Source of the DNA: a virus
DNA length: 64,000 nt
IMG/VR virus record: IMGVR_UViG_3300027896_005002
Span: 315,488 to 379,487 of that record
Direction: 5' to 3' (one strand)
The position numbers and the translations under genes are program-made. The notes under the pieces are model-generated. The model was given only the letters and a program-made list of their open reading frames with translations. It searched no databases and was not told the DNA's origin. Below are positions 47,994 through 58,700 of this stretch, one piece after another (the first letter of the stretch is position 1; every line of letters begins with the position of its first letter).

Positions 47994-50900
47994 TTAGATA
48001 ATATTGATGATTAATGATTTAAGATTCAAATAATCTAAATCTGATACAATGATGTCATTCGCACCAGATTCTCCATGTACATTATATGCGACAGTCACAT
48101 TAAAATTTGTCACGCTTGAACTAATCTGACTGACAATTGTATGATTCCCTGTACCTTGATTTATAAAAGGTATTGCAATTCCGGACTGAGCATTAGCTAG
48201 TGAACTTGCAATTCTAATATAAATATTGTTAAGAAATATCACATAATAATCTGTTAATGGTAGTAAAGGATCAGGTAATGATCCTGTTGAAATAAATTGA
48301 ACCTTTGTTCCTGTTTCCCATACTTGACTTACAAGAATAGTGTTATTTACTATATTTATATCAGTTGCGGCAACAACTTCCTGTTGATAATTAACAGATA
48401 AATAGATAGATCCATCACTACTAATATATGCTTGATTTGCAAAAGTTTTGACATCATCTGGTGTCGCAACTAATGTAAGATCAACATTATCTTTTGTCAC
48501 TCTCCAAAATTTTGAAATATCACTGCTACTACCCAATGTCTTATATCTTAATATACCAGCTAATGTTTTATAAACAATAGCATTTCCAACTTGATAAATA
48601 AACCAATTAATACTGTTTGGTATTACCTCGTTTGCAATATGAACACCATCAGATATTTTCATTGTTGTCATAGGCAAACTAACATAATCAACATCTGCAC
48701 TATCATCAATTACAGCAACGACATCACTTTGACTAATTCTATCACCCATTTTCTTTTGATCAAATATTGTAAACAATTTAGTTGAAAGTTGATCTTTAAC
48801 TACTGGAGTATTTGCACCAGTAGCTAATTTTACATTAAATTCTAAGTCAACATCAATTTGATTTGCAGCTTTAACCAAAACATCTGCAGTAACGTGTCTT
48901 GAAACATTTATTTTATCTTGTATAGTTTTAATTAATGAATTCACAGTATAAGTTGCAGTCATTTGTTCACCATATTTATAACTTACGATAACTGTTTGAC
49001 CCGTTGATATTGAAGATGTATTTGATCTTGCAATTTGAACATAATTAAATGGTGTTTCTGCAGACAATATCAAATAATCATTATTTAATTCATATGTTAT
49101 TGTTTGTGTTAAATCAGTAACTACAATTGTATGCTCATCAATTCCTTTTTTATTTAACGACTTGTAATCAAGTCCGGCAAGCACAACATTCTCACTAAAA
49201 TCATATAATTGTCCTTCAGGCATTCCTGTACTAGGATTATATAGTAGTGTCACACTTCGTTGTGATCTTACTGAATTTCCTTCAATTAAAATATCGTCAA
49301 CCTTATTAAATGTGTATCCTGAACCTTCCTGTAAAACTGTCCCATTAGCTGTAACAATAGAAACAATAGTATCAACTGGTTGATTTGAAAAAATAATCGG
49401 CGGCGATTTACGATAACGATATGTCATTCTAACAATATCTGTTGACAATAATCCAATAGTACTATTAATAGCATTATGAGTATTAATATTAATAGTTTTT
49501 CCATCAGCTTCTATTAATATCGCTTCAACAACATTGTCATGACTTAATAATGCTGTTATTTCTCCACCAGAAGCACTTGCAATAACAACTTCATTTAATA
49601 CTGTTGTAACATATTTATAATCTGCAGTCAACATGTCACCAACAGCAATAAATGTATTATAAAATCTTTGTGTCGTCAATGCACTATTTATTGTTACAAT
49701 GCCCGTACTATAATCTATTGTATAATCTAAATCTTTTACTAATGTCACTTTTGTATCAGGAGTAATTACTAATGATCCAAAACCAGCATCAACAAAACCA
49801 ATTGCCACACCTGCTAATGCATTTTCTATTGTTGTGGCTAATTTCAACTGTCTTGTTCCAGTTTCTGTTAATCTACTACAAATCACATAATAGCCTATAT
49901 CAGCTACTAATGGAGCAGGTAATATTCCTGAAGGACTTGAAACTAAGACTTTATCACCAGTTCTGAAAATATGACGTTCACCTGTTGTTATTGTTATAAC
50001 TGATACTGGAAAACCAACTGTTGATATTGTCCACGGATTAAATGATCCTGATCCAGCAGTAGACGTCACATTCACGACTAAAATTCCTGTCATCACATCA
50101 TATGATGTTACAGCTCCTTGCATTTTATGTGTATCATCATATTTAAGTTCAATGACTTCATCAACACTAAACATCAAATTCAAATCATTTGTAATTACAG
50201 TTTGTAATCCTGTACTTATTGAAACTATCGTATTTGATGTTGTTAAATTTCCAACTACAAAATTATTTGTTCTCGATCCATAAATTATCTCAGAAAATAA
50301 TGCTACTGGATTATTAATAGTTTGAATAGTTTGGGGATCAAGAACTATTACTGTTTCATTTGTAATTGCAACTTTATAATCATAATCTGCAACTATTTGA
50401 TCACCAAACGATAATGGTGTATCAAATGTCATTTCTCCCGTTATTAAATCCATTGAATATTGATCTTTAGGTAAAATAACAGCATTTCTTTTAATTGTAA
50501 AATTGCCTGTCAAATCATATAATTTACTTTTTGTTATATTCTCAATCATTTGTATTAAATAAACAGGATCATCAATTGAAACATCTGGATTTATAACTTG
50601 AATTCTCCACTGTACTGGTAAACTAGCAACAACAACCACTACTGTTTCATCAATCACACCATTATATACAAAACCAAAAGTATCAGTATAACTTATTTCT
50701 GAAAATCCTTTAAAATAAATATCAACTTTTCCATAAGCATGCTGCTTTCTTACAATATCATAATCTCTTTGCATTAATGGATGACCTGCATCAACTACTA
50801 AAACATCTTGAACGTATTGAACACCAATAGTTGTTCTTAAATATCCGTCAAGAGTTCCAATATCTAAACCAGTAAAAGCCAACATTGCTCTAAAAGCTAA

Positions 50901-52040
50901 ATTACTATTACTTTCACTATCAGATCCTTCTTGCGTCGGCCTTATATTTGTTACCTGAAATTGTGTAAATGTAGAGTTTGTAATTGTGCCAGCATCAACA
51001 TTTGTTATAGAGCCTGTTTGAACAGATTGTACTGGAGCAGTTACTTCATATCGTTGTGTAGCTTCATTAAAATATTGATCAATTGAAGATATCAACATTT
51101 TAGCTTCAGCCAATGTTTGAAAATTTATGGCAGGCACTGTTGATGTTGCTGTCGTTGACACAATAGTATTTAACGGTACAGTTATTGTTGCTGTTGGTTT
51201 TATTATAGTATAAAAAACAACTTCACCTATAGATCCAGTTGCAGGCTCTCTAAATGTTTGACTATTTGCTGCAAGTTTGTCAAAAGAAAAATCAATCAAA
51301 CTTTGTACATCTGCATCTACAGTTAAATGTAATGCTGCCTTTAACTGTTGTTTATATACAGAATTTGATACACTGATTGATGATCCAGTATTATTAGGAT
51401 CATCAATATTTAACAACGTTAGAAAAGATTGTGACCTCAAAAGAAAATCAATATAAATGTATAAATCACCATAATTAGCAGCATGTGGATCAATATGAAT
51501 GTCTCTAGTCATTGTACCAGGTTTAACATCAAGATCAGGATATCTATCAAGCATTCGACCAATCATTGTTTGAGCTACATCACTTGTAGATCTAACAGGA
51601 AAATCAACAATACTTGATGTTATTATTATTGGTACATCGCTTATTTCAATAGAAAATAAACTTTCTTCATTACCATTATTAACAGCAGTAATTACATAAT
51701 ATTGTCGTCTATTATCAACAAGCCCGCTATGAGTATAAGCATAAATTGATATATTTTGAAAGTCTTCAACTGTTGTTGTAGTTTTTACACCACCTATTAC
51801 TTGTACTGTAGTTGTAGAATCAATCACTTTTTGAACAACACTATTCACAACTGTAATTAATTCATTATTTAATTTAGCATATCCACTAACACCACCACCA
51901 GAAGTAGTGGCATTATAAATATTATAACCTTTAATATCAGTTTCAGGATTGGCATCCCATTTTATGATGACTGCATTTCCTGATGATTCTGTAAATAGAC
52001 CGGTAGGCTGTGAAGGTCTAGACATGAAATGTCCTTTCAA
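47994..52040 (-). CDS. giant structural protein (1348 aa) with an N-terminal FN3 domain and both repeat families
   Basis: PSQPTGL...VIIKWDANPETDIKGYNIYN is FN3-like. It has copies of the SY(D/N)..TG.LVVN.TS..GSGS..PW repeat and of the TGD.V...G.LP.PL...YYVI repeat. Confidence 0.45.
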   Translation of the reverse strand: MKGHFMSRPSQPTGLFTESSGNAVIIKWDANPETDIKGYNIYNATTSGGGVSGYAKLNNELITVVNSVVQKVIDSTTTVQVIGGVKTTTTVEDFQNISIYAYTHSGLVDNRRQYYVITAVNNGNEESLFSIEISDVPIIITSSIVDFPVRSTSDVAQTMIGRMLDRYPDLDVKPGTMTRDIHIDPHAANYGDLYIYIDFLLRSQSFLTLLNIDDPNNTGSSISVSNSVYKQQLKAALHLTVDADVQSLIDFSFDKLAANSQTFREPATGSIGEVVFYTIIKPTATITVPLNTIVSTTATSTVPAINFQTLAEAKMLISSIDQYFNEATQRYEVTAPVQSVQTGSITNVDAGTITNSTFTQFQVTNIRPTQEGSDSESNSNLAFRAMLAFTGLDIGTLDGYLRTTIGVQYVQDVLVVDAGHPLMQRDYDIVRKQHAYGKVDIYFKGFSEISYTDTFGFVYNGVIDETVVVVVASLPVQWRIQVINPDVSIDDPVYLIQMIENITKSKLYDLTGNFTIKRNAVILPKDQYSMDLITGEMTFDTPLSFGDQIVADYDYKVAITNETVIVLDPQTIQTINNPVALFSEIIYGSRTNNFVVGNLTTSNTIVSISTGLQTVITNDLNLMFSVDEVIELKYDDTHKMQGAVTSYDVMTGILVVNVTSTAGSGSFNPWTISTVGFPVSVITITTGERHIFRTGDKVLVSSPSGILPAPLVADIGYYVICSRLTETGTRQLKLATTIENALAGVAIGFVDAGFGSLVITPDTKVTLVKDLDYTIDYSTGIVTINSALTTQRFYNTFIAVGDMLTADYKYVTTVLNEVVIASASGGEITALLSHDNVVEAILIEADGKTININTHNAINSTIGLLSTDIVRMTYRYRKSPPIIFSNQPVDTIVSIVTANGTVLQEGSGYTFNKVDDILIEGNSVRSQRSVTLLYNPSTGMPEGQLYDFSENVVLAGLDYKSLNKKGIDEHTIVVTDLTQTITYELNNDYLILSAETPFNYVQIARSNTSSISTGQTVIVSYKYGEQMTATYTVNSLIKTIQDKINVSRHVTADVLVKAANQIDVDLEFNVKLATGANTPVVKDQLSTKLFTIFDQKKMGDRISQSDVVAVIDDSADVDYVSLPMTTMKISDGVHIANEVIPNSINWFIYQVGNAIVYKTLAGILRYKTLGSSSDISKFWRVTKDNVDLTLVATPDDVKTFANQAYISSDGSIYLSVNYQQEVVAATDINIVNNTILVSQVWETGTKVQFISTGSLPDPLLPLTDYYVIFLNNIYIRIASSLANAQSGIAIPFINQGTGNHTIVSQISSSVTNFNVTVAYNVHGESGANDIIVSDLDYLNLKSLIINII

Positions 52041-52809
52041 CTATTTTATTTCTAATTTTTCTTGTTATAATCAATGTCTTAATAATTTTAGATAATTTTT
52101 TTCCTTTTTTTGATTCACCAATTTTTCTTTTTGTTTCTTCAGATAATTTTTTTCCTTTTCTTGACTCACTAATTTTTTTCCTAGCTTCTTCAGACATTTT
52201 TTTACCTTTTTTTGATTCACTAATTTTTCTTCTAGTTTCATCAGAACATGGTCTATTATAAAAATTAGGATTGTTTTTTCTTGTTTCATTCATTTTTCTT
52301 TTCACTTCATCTGAAAGATGTTTACCAAATAAATAATGATTTTCACCTTTATTTGATTCACTTATTTTCTTTCTAGTCTTTTTTGAATGATGCTTGCCAA
52401 ACATTGGATGATTTTTACCTGACTTTATTTCACTTAATTTCTTTTTATGCTCTTCAGTAAATTTCCTACCCTTTGATGCTATACTTAATTTTTTTCTAGT
52501 TTCTTCTGATATTATTTTACCCTTACCACCTTCATTTAAGTTATAACCTTTTTGTGGATTCATAGTATTATGCATTTTTATAAAATACTGTTCAGCTTTA
52601 TCTAAAGTAGAGTTGTCTAAAGTATTACATTTTATACTCCACTCAAATTTATCAAACCCATACTTTCTAAGAGCTCTATGAAAATAAAGATCATCATTTT
52701 TCATAGCATCTTTAAAATGTTGAATCCTTCGTTTTTCTAAAGTTCTAGTAGTCTGACCAAAATAAAGTTTTCCGTTTATTTTATTTTTAACTTGATAAAT
52801 TATAGACAT
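52018..52809 (-). CDS. GIY-YIG homing endonuclease with NUMOD3-like DNA-binding repeats
   Basis: IYQVKNKINGKLYFGQTTRTLEKRRIQHF is the GIY...YFG motif. Five SEETRKKISESKKGK-type NUMOD3-like repeats follow. It is inserted between two giant structural genes. Confidence 0.75.
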   Translation of the reverse strand: MSIIYQVKNKINGKLYFGQTTRTLEKRRIQHFKDAMKNDDLYFHRALRKYGFDKFEWSIKCNTLDNSTLDKAEQYFIKMHNTMNPQKGYNLNEGGKGKIISEETRKKLSIASKGRKFTEEHKKKLSEIKSGKNHPMFGKHHSKKTRKKISESNKGENHYLFGKHLSDEVKRKMNETRKNNPNFYNRPCSDETRRKISESKKGKKMSEEARKKISESRKGKKLSEETKRKIGESKKGKKLSKIIKTLIITRKIRNKIVERTFHV

Positions 52810-54305
52810 TAATTTCCTTGAAAGAGCGGCTTGTTAAACATTAGTGATGTGTCCAACTGAATAGCTGTCGCAGCTTGAGATACAACAGTAGCATCTATAT
52901 CATAAAAATCTGGATCAATATCACTCTGTTCAACAATAATATTACTAAGAAAACTAAAAAATTCTTCATCATCAACTTGTTGATACTGTGTCTGTTGTGT
53001 TTGTAAATCTTTCATCTTCTCACCAGCATCAATAATCTCACCTTTAAATTTCGGTATATAATATTCCGATGGCTTAGCTGTACCAATATAAGATATTAAT
53101 GATGTTCCATACCATGGATGTGCTGTATTTGTTCCTTTTATTGCTGTTACAAGTTTCAATAAATCTTGCAACATTTTTTGCTCTTTAACCACTGTAATTA
53201 CATCATGTAACTTATCATAATCATAATCATTAACTTGACCAGTTCTTCTACATTTTCTGCATTTTAATATTGTGACTTGATAATCTAATGATATTATATC
53301 TGTCGGCACATTTTCATCTCTATAATTATATGAAATTGTCACAGTATCAGTTATTTTTGGTACAAATCCTAAATTAATTTCACCTGTTATTGCATCCATA
53401 TTAACTGGAGTAATACGTTGTCCATTAACTAATACAGCTACTTGAGTTATCATTGTTGCATTTGGATCTGTTCTTATTTTTGCTTTTGGTGGAATTATAG
53501 GTTTATGTTGTGTATAAAAATAATTTTCAATACCAGTAAATTGATTTGACACATCTTCATCCTGAATCAAAAATTGATTTGTTTGTTTTTGTTGATCAAA
53601 AATAATCTTACTTACACCAAATGTGTTATCAAATGTTAATTGCCACCCATCCTTAAATAATGGATAATAAAATATTGCAACAGTTTGATTCGTTGGAATA
53701 ACCTCTTTAATTGTTATTCTACCTGTTGTTGCGTCAACATTCTTAACATGCGCCCTATATATATAAGATACAGTCACAATTGCACCAGCAACCGGCGCAT
53801 TTTTTAATATTATTTTACCAAATATAGGTTCAATAGAATCAATATCTACAATAACAGAATTAACTTTGACTGTAATATCATTTTTTGTTAGTTGTGTTGC
53901 ATATATGTCATATTTTGACATTAAAGGTCTATGTTGTGTCACTAAAAGTGTATCTATACCTGTAAACTGAGCTGAAGCATCTTCATCAGTAATAGTTACT
54001 TGTACAATTACATCATAAGGTCTTGATGCCAATATTTTTCTATTTGAACCATCATAAATTGGTATTTTAGATGCTACATAAATAGTATTTGATCCTGTAA
54101 TTTGTGATGTTACATCTTCTGTAAATAAAAGTTCTGTTGTGTTATTTCTATTTAAAGGCACACCATCAACTCTAACAATCATACTATCAGGATTTGCAAC
54201 AATAGAACTAATTGTCACTGTTTTGAAATCAGTATCTTCAACACAGTATTCATCCTCAGATACTTTATGATCACAATATCGTAAAAGTTTTGTATCAAAT
54301 GACAT
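52809..54305 (-). CDS. structural protein with an internal domain duplication
   Basis: QFTGIDTLLVTQHRPL...VTVSYIYR and QFTGIENYFYTQHKPI...VTISYNYR are two copies of one domain. A CRKCRRTG motif is present. Confidence 0.35.
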   Translation of the reverse strand: MSFDTKLLRYCDHKVSEDEYCVEDTDFKTVTISSIVANPDSMIVRVDGVPLNRNNTTELLFTEDVTSQITGSNTIYVASKIPIYDGSNRKILASRPYDVIVQVTITDEDASAQFTGIDTLLVTQHRPLMSKYDIYATQLTKNDITVKVNSVIVDIDSIEPIFGKIILKNAPVAGAIVTVSYIYRAHVKNVDATTGRITIKEVIPTNQTVAIFYYPLFKDGWQLTFDNTFGVSKIIFDQQKQTNQFLIQDEDVSNQFTGIENYFYTQHKPIIPPKAKIRTDPNATMITQVAVLVNGQRITPVNMDAITGEINLGFVPKITDTVTISYNYRDENVPTDIISLDYQVTILKCRKCRRTGQVNDYDYDKLHDVITVVKEQKMLQDLLKLVTAIKGTNTAHPWYGTSLISYIGTAKPSEYYIPKFKGEIIDAGEKMKDLQTQQTQYQQVDDEEFFSFLSNIIVEQSDIDPDFYDIDATVVSQAATAIQLDTSLMFNKPLFQGN

Positions 54306-54769
54306 TAGGTCACAATCCCTTCTGTCTTTAAATACCTATGTTTATTGTCAAACAATGAATTAATTGTTTCGATATTAGTTCTAAAATCTGACTTAGTAAT
54401 CCGTAACAAATGAATTCTTTCTTGCAATTGTTCTATTTTATCAAGAATTTTTCTATTTCGATGTTCAATATTATCTCTTACTTTAATATTTGAATAAAAA
54501 GGTTCTTTTATTCTCTGTACTAAAATAGCAGAATCAATGTCATCAACTTGTGTAGGTACTACTCTAAAAAAAGATTTTTCAAAAGTTTTAAACTTAACAT
54601 TCATACGATTGGAATAATCTGATAAATCAGATAATGTTTTCTGTAACTGGCCTATCTCAAAAATCATATGATTAATTTGTGCATCTACACTATCAAGTTG
54701 ACTTTGCAGATACGTACGTAAAGATTCAAGTTCTTGTTTTGAAAATATTCCCAAAAAATCAAATGCCAT
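54305..54769 (-). CDS. coiled-coil protein
   Basis: Heptad-rich 154 aa. Its start/stop are coupled with the downstream gene (ATGA-like overlap at 54305). Confidence 0.3.
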   Translation of the reverse strand: MAFDFLGIFSKQELESLRTYLQSQLDSVDAQINHMIFEIGQLQKTLSDLSDYSNRMNVKFKTFEKSFFRVVPTQVDDIDSAILVQRIKEPFYSNIKVRDNIEHRNRKILDKIEQLQERIHLLRITKSDFRTNIETINSLFDNKHRYLKTEGIVT

Positions 54770-54837
54770 GAATGTCTCTTTTCATAATTGTAAGATATTA
54801 TGATTTTATAAAACGATTATCGATATTGAGAGGATAT

Positions 54838-54874
54838 AAAGACATTCTCCCTTAATAGGTCGATGAATGTCTTT
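54838..54874. promoter_or_regulatory. inverted repeat AAAGACATTC / GAATGTCTTT (candidate operator), with a third copy at the start codon of the 154-aa gene
   Basis: A 10-bp IR with a 17-bp spacer. The same AGACATTCAT motif recurs at 54771-54780 directly upstream of the ATG at 54769. Confidence 0.3.
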
Positions 54875-54905
54875 GAGGGATAAAAGAAGCAAGAATTATA
54901 AATTT

Positions 54906-55664
54906 TTAATCGTACATCTCACCTTCTCGATGTTGTGCTAAAGATTTAAGATCACTAATAAAATAACTGTCAACTTTTGAAATTTCAGGACCCCAGTCAC
55001 CAGATCTTAGTACTGCTTTTTTATGTTCTTTTGTTGGAATAACCATAAGAGTCATACCGTCAGGATCTACACCACCATGTGGTCCCTCACCAACAGAAAA
55101 TAATTGTTTGGGATATTTCTTCTTCAACTTAATAATTCTATTTACCATTCTTTTAGGACTAGTATGTGACATATCAAAATCAAAAGTTTTTAAACCTTTT
55201 ACTAATTTTTGATCAGCATCTTCTAATTCTTTATTTTCTTTTGTTAAAATACTAACAACAGTATTTTTACTATATTTCTTATATGAAAGTATAATTTCAT
55301 TTCCATCTTTATTCCATGTTCTGACGCCAATATGGTAATCAGTTTTAGGTAATTTCTTACTTTTTCCATAATGTTCATTAAATTGTTTAAATAATTCTTT
55401 ATATTTTCTTTTAGATTTATCTGGAAACGATTCACGTATTGCATAATCTCCATCACCTTCAGGCTCATTTTGCAATAATGATTTAATAGATTCAGAATGT
55501 TCTTGCGTGTCTTCTCCAGAAACTTCACGTTTTGGTCTCGCAGTTAACCGTCTTTTACTTTTCCTATGTCTTTTTAAATAAGCCCTTTGTTCATCTAAAG
55601 ACAAATCATCCCATTTTCTTGCTTCTTTAACAAATTCTGATTGAATTATAGCCAAATGTTTCAT
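54906..55664 (-). CDS. MKHL-module protein (MKHLAIIQSEFVKEARKWDDLSLDEQRAYLKRHRKSKRRL), paralog of 23165..23581 over the first ~47 aa
   Basis: The N-terminal module is near-identical at the protein level but diverged at the DNA level. The C-terminal 200 aa are unrelated. Confidence 0.5.
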   Translation of the reverse strand: MKHLAIIQSEFVKEARKWDDLSLDEQRAYLKRHRKSKRRLTARPKREVSGEDTQEHSESIKSLLQNEPEGDGDYAIRESFPDKSKRKYKELFKQFNEHYGKSKKLPKTDYHIGVRTWNKDGNEIILSYKKYSKNTVVSILTKENKELEDADQKLVKGLKTFDFDMSHTSPKRMVNRIIKLKKKYPKQLFSVGEGPHGGVDPDGMTLMVIPTKEHKKAVLRSGDWGPEISKVDSYFISDLKSLAQHREGEMYD

Positions 55665-55711
55665 TATTACTCCTTGAATGTTTCTTAAACTATAACTGAC
55701 TTATCAATTGA

Positions 55712-58700
55712 TTAAAAAAACAAATTCAAAAAGCCTTGAATCTTATCTACATTCGGTCCACCAATCAATAATACCAATCCAGCAGTATAACCATTTTGAC
55801 CTGAATCAGGACCTCCAATTGCAGATTTAACCTGAGCTTTTATTCTTTCAACACCACCAGTTTTAACATCAATTCTAAGAATATAAAAACCTGCATTCGG
55901 AGAAAAAATAGTCTTTATAGTATCAATAATTTTTTCAATTTGATCTATAAAATCTGCCAATGTATTAATCTTAACAGTCAACAAATCTATAAATTGTGTT
56001 ACAGATTCAGATCCTTTTTGAATTGCATCAAGTTCTGAATTAACCCAAGCTTCTAATGATTTAATAAAATCCTCAACGGGTTTAAATAAACTTTGTGCAG
56101 TCATATTCATCCAATTTGGGTATGTACCAGTAACACCTTCTTCTATTGATGTATAACCGGCACAAGAACCTGATGAATTACCTATCGTTGGCAAACAATA
56201 ATTTGGATCATTTCTATATTGCTTATTATAATATTGTACTTCACCACCTATTGTTCCATCCTGACATAAAACAGTATCAAAAAATAATCTATTTGGCACA
56301 CATTTAGTACCTAACTTTGTATAACCGACATTTAAGCATGCGTTTCCACTATCATAAACACATCGTTTATTTACATATTGTTCACAAATTTGTTTATTGA
56401 CACCATTAGCACACAAAATTTCATCAAAATTTATATTTTGTTTTCTACAAGCTGGTGAATAAGCCTTTATAGTATATTCTACGTATATATCATCACCATT
56501 TTGATAACCAATACTTGAAATATCACTAATTGTTAATATAGTTTTATTATTCTGTCTAGCTATTAACAAATCCCAACCATAAGTTAACTTTGTATCATTT
56601 AGTACTGTTATAAATCGATCATATCCAGGAGCATTTGTATCAATTTTGCTCGTTTCCACATCAATGAATCTATCATAGTTAAAATTTAGATCATTACTTT
56701 TCATTCTACGTATAGTTTCACTCAAATTTCTAATTGAGATATATCTCATGTCAATCATATCATCAATTGTAAAAGTAAATGTATTTACTTGTTGAAATCC
56801 TGCATTAATTTGTATTTTTGTACTAACAGAAAAATTACTAGATTGCTTCGCAATACCACTTCTATTAATAGATTTTACAATTACATTACTAAGTTTTTTG
56901 ATCACAGTTGTTTGTGACTTATCAATATTACAAGCAAAATTTGCACATCTTTCAAAAATAACAGAATCTATCGATGGTTTTGCAAATAATTTTGATGAAC
57001 CTACAACTTCATTTGATAATACACTACCACTACTCGATCCCATTGTAGTTCTAATAGTATAATAATAATTTGTACCATTTTCAACACTTAAATCTTGATA
57101 CTCATATCCTAACGGCATTGCAGGTTGAACATCTTTGCTCCAACCAACAGCAAAATTGCTAAATCTAAGTTTATATTCAGATGCTTTCACACTACCTATC
57201 GGTTTTAACTTTTGTTTTGTTTGAGAATCAATAACATCACCTCTATTAGATATTATTGTCTTATTATCTGTATCATAATAATCTTGTTGAGCAATTATAG
57301 CATTTGATTGTAGTTGAGTCCTGTAAATATCAAATCCAGAAACTAAATCAATTAAATTTTGTTTATGAAATATTCCAGATATACTAAATGTTATAAATTC
57401 CGGCAATTCCCATCGTACTATAACTTTTGAACTTCCAGAAACAGCTGTAACATTTTTTGGTTCTTGAACCTGTGGTTGCCAATCTATTGACGTAAATATT
57501 TTCTGTAATGATTTTATTCCATTTATCACGTCAACAAGGTTTCCAGAATCAATAGCAATAATATATGCACCTACATCCGCTGATTCAGAAAATTGTGGTC
57601 GTTTACTATCAAAAATATCATCAAAAGAATCAGTAACTCTTTTCTTAAAAGCTTCAGATCCACCTCCAACACTTGCCAAAAATTTTGCAAATCCAGGTTC
57701 AGCTTCTACAGTCGGATCATTATAATTTATATTTGGAAATACAGGCAATAAATAAACACCAGATGCAGCTAAATCATTAACATATTGTTCAATAGCTTTT
57801 GATAATGCAGTCAATATTGCTTTTAATGCACTTCCAGTATCAACCAATAATACTTTAACAACACTTAACACACTATTAATTAATTTTAATATTGTCTTCA
57901 TTGGATCTATTACATTTTTAATAGCATCTGCTGTTGATATAATAGACTTCGGTAACATTGACTGTAAATCAAATGATTCCCATGCACCTTCAGGAACAAC
58001 TCCAAGACCTTTTAACACAACATCTACTTGAGGTCGATCTATATCACTACTATTTATTCGAATTTTTCCTAAAAGATCACCTGATGTACTTGGTGCAAAT
58101 ATTATTGAATAAAACGCTGAACCGCCAGGAGCTATAGTTGTCGGTATAAATCCTGCAACACTATACGAAGATGAAGCACTATCTATAACACTAATATTAG
58201 TAACACTCAATGTATCATTACCAATATTATTAATCGTCACAGTTCTTTGACTTGAAGTTTTAACATTAGTATCTGCAAATAATATTTTATCTTCAACTTC
58301 AATAATTGGTTTATGAACACCAGTACCAGTGATAGTAATAATAATTTGACTATTTATAGGATCATCACATGTAATTCTTAATTTAGCTGTATATGACACT
58401 GTATCTAATGGTTTGAATATTACATCAAAATTATAGAAATTATTTGCTAAAACAATAGCTGATATTGGAGAAATTACAAAAACATCTGATATTAATTGTA
58501 TTGAAACAATCAAATCAACACTATTAATGTTTTGTATTGACAATATATGCTTACTTTCAATATTAGTAGGTTGATTTCCAAAATTTATATCTGATGTATC
58601 AACTAAAATTTGAGGATATATACCTTGACCAGTGACATGAATTGATAAATCATTTAGTGAATTACTTTGTACAACAATATCTTGATCCACCAATGCATCA

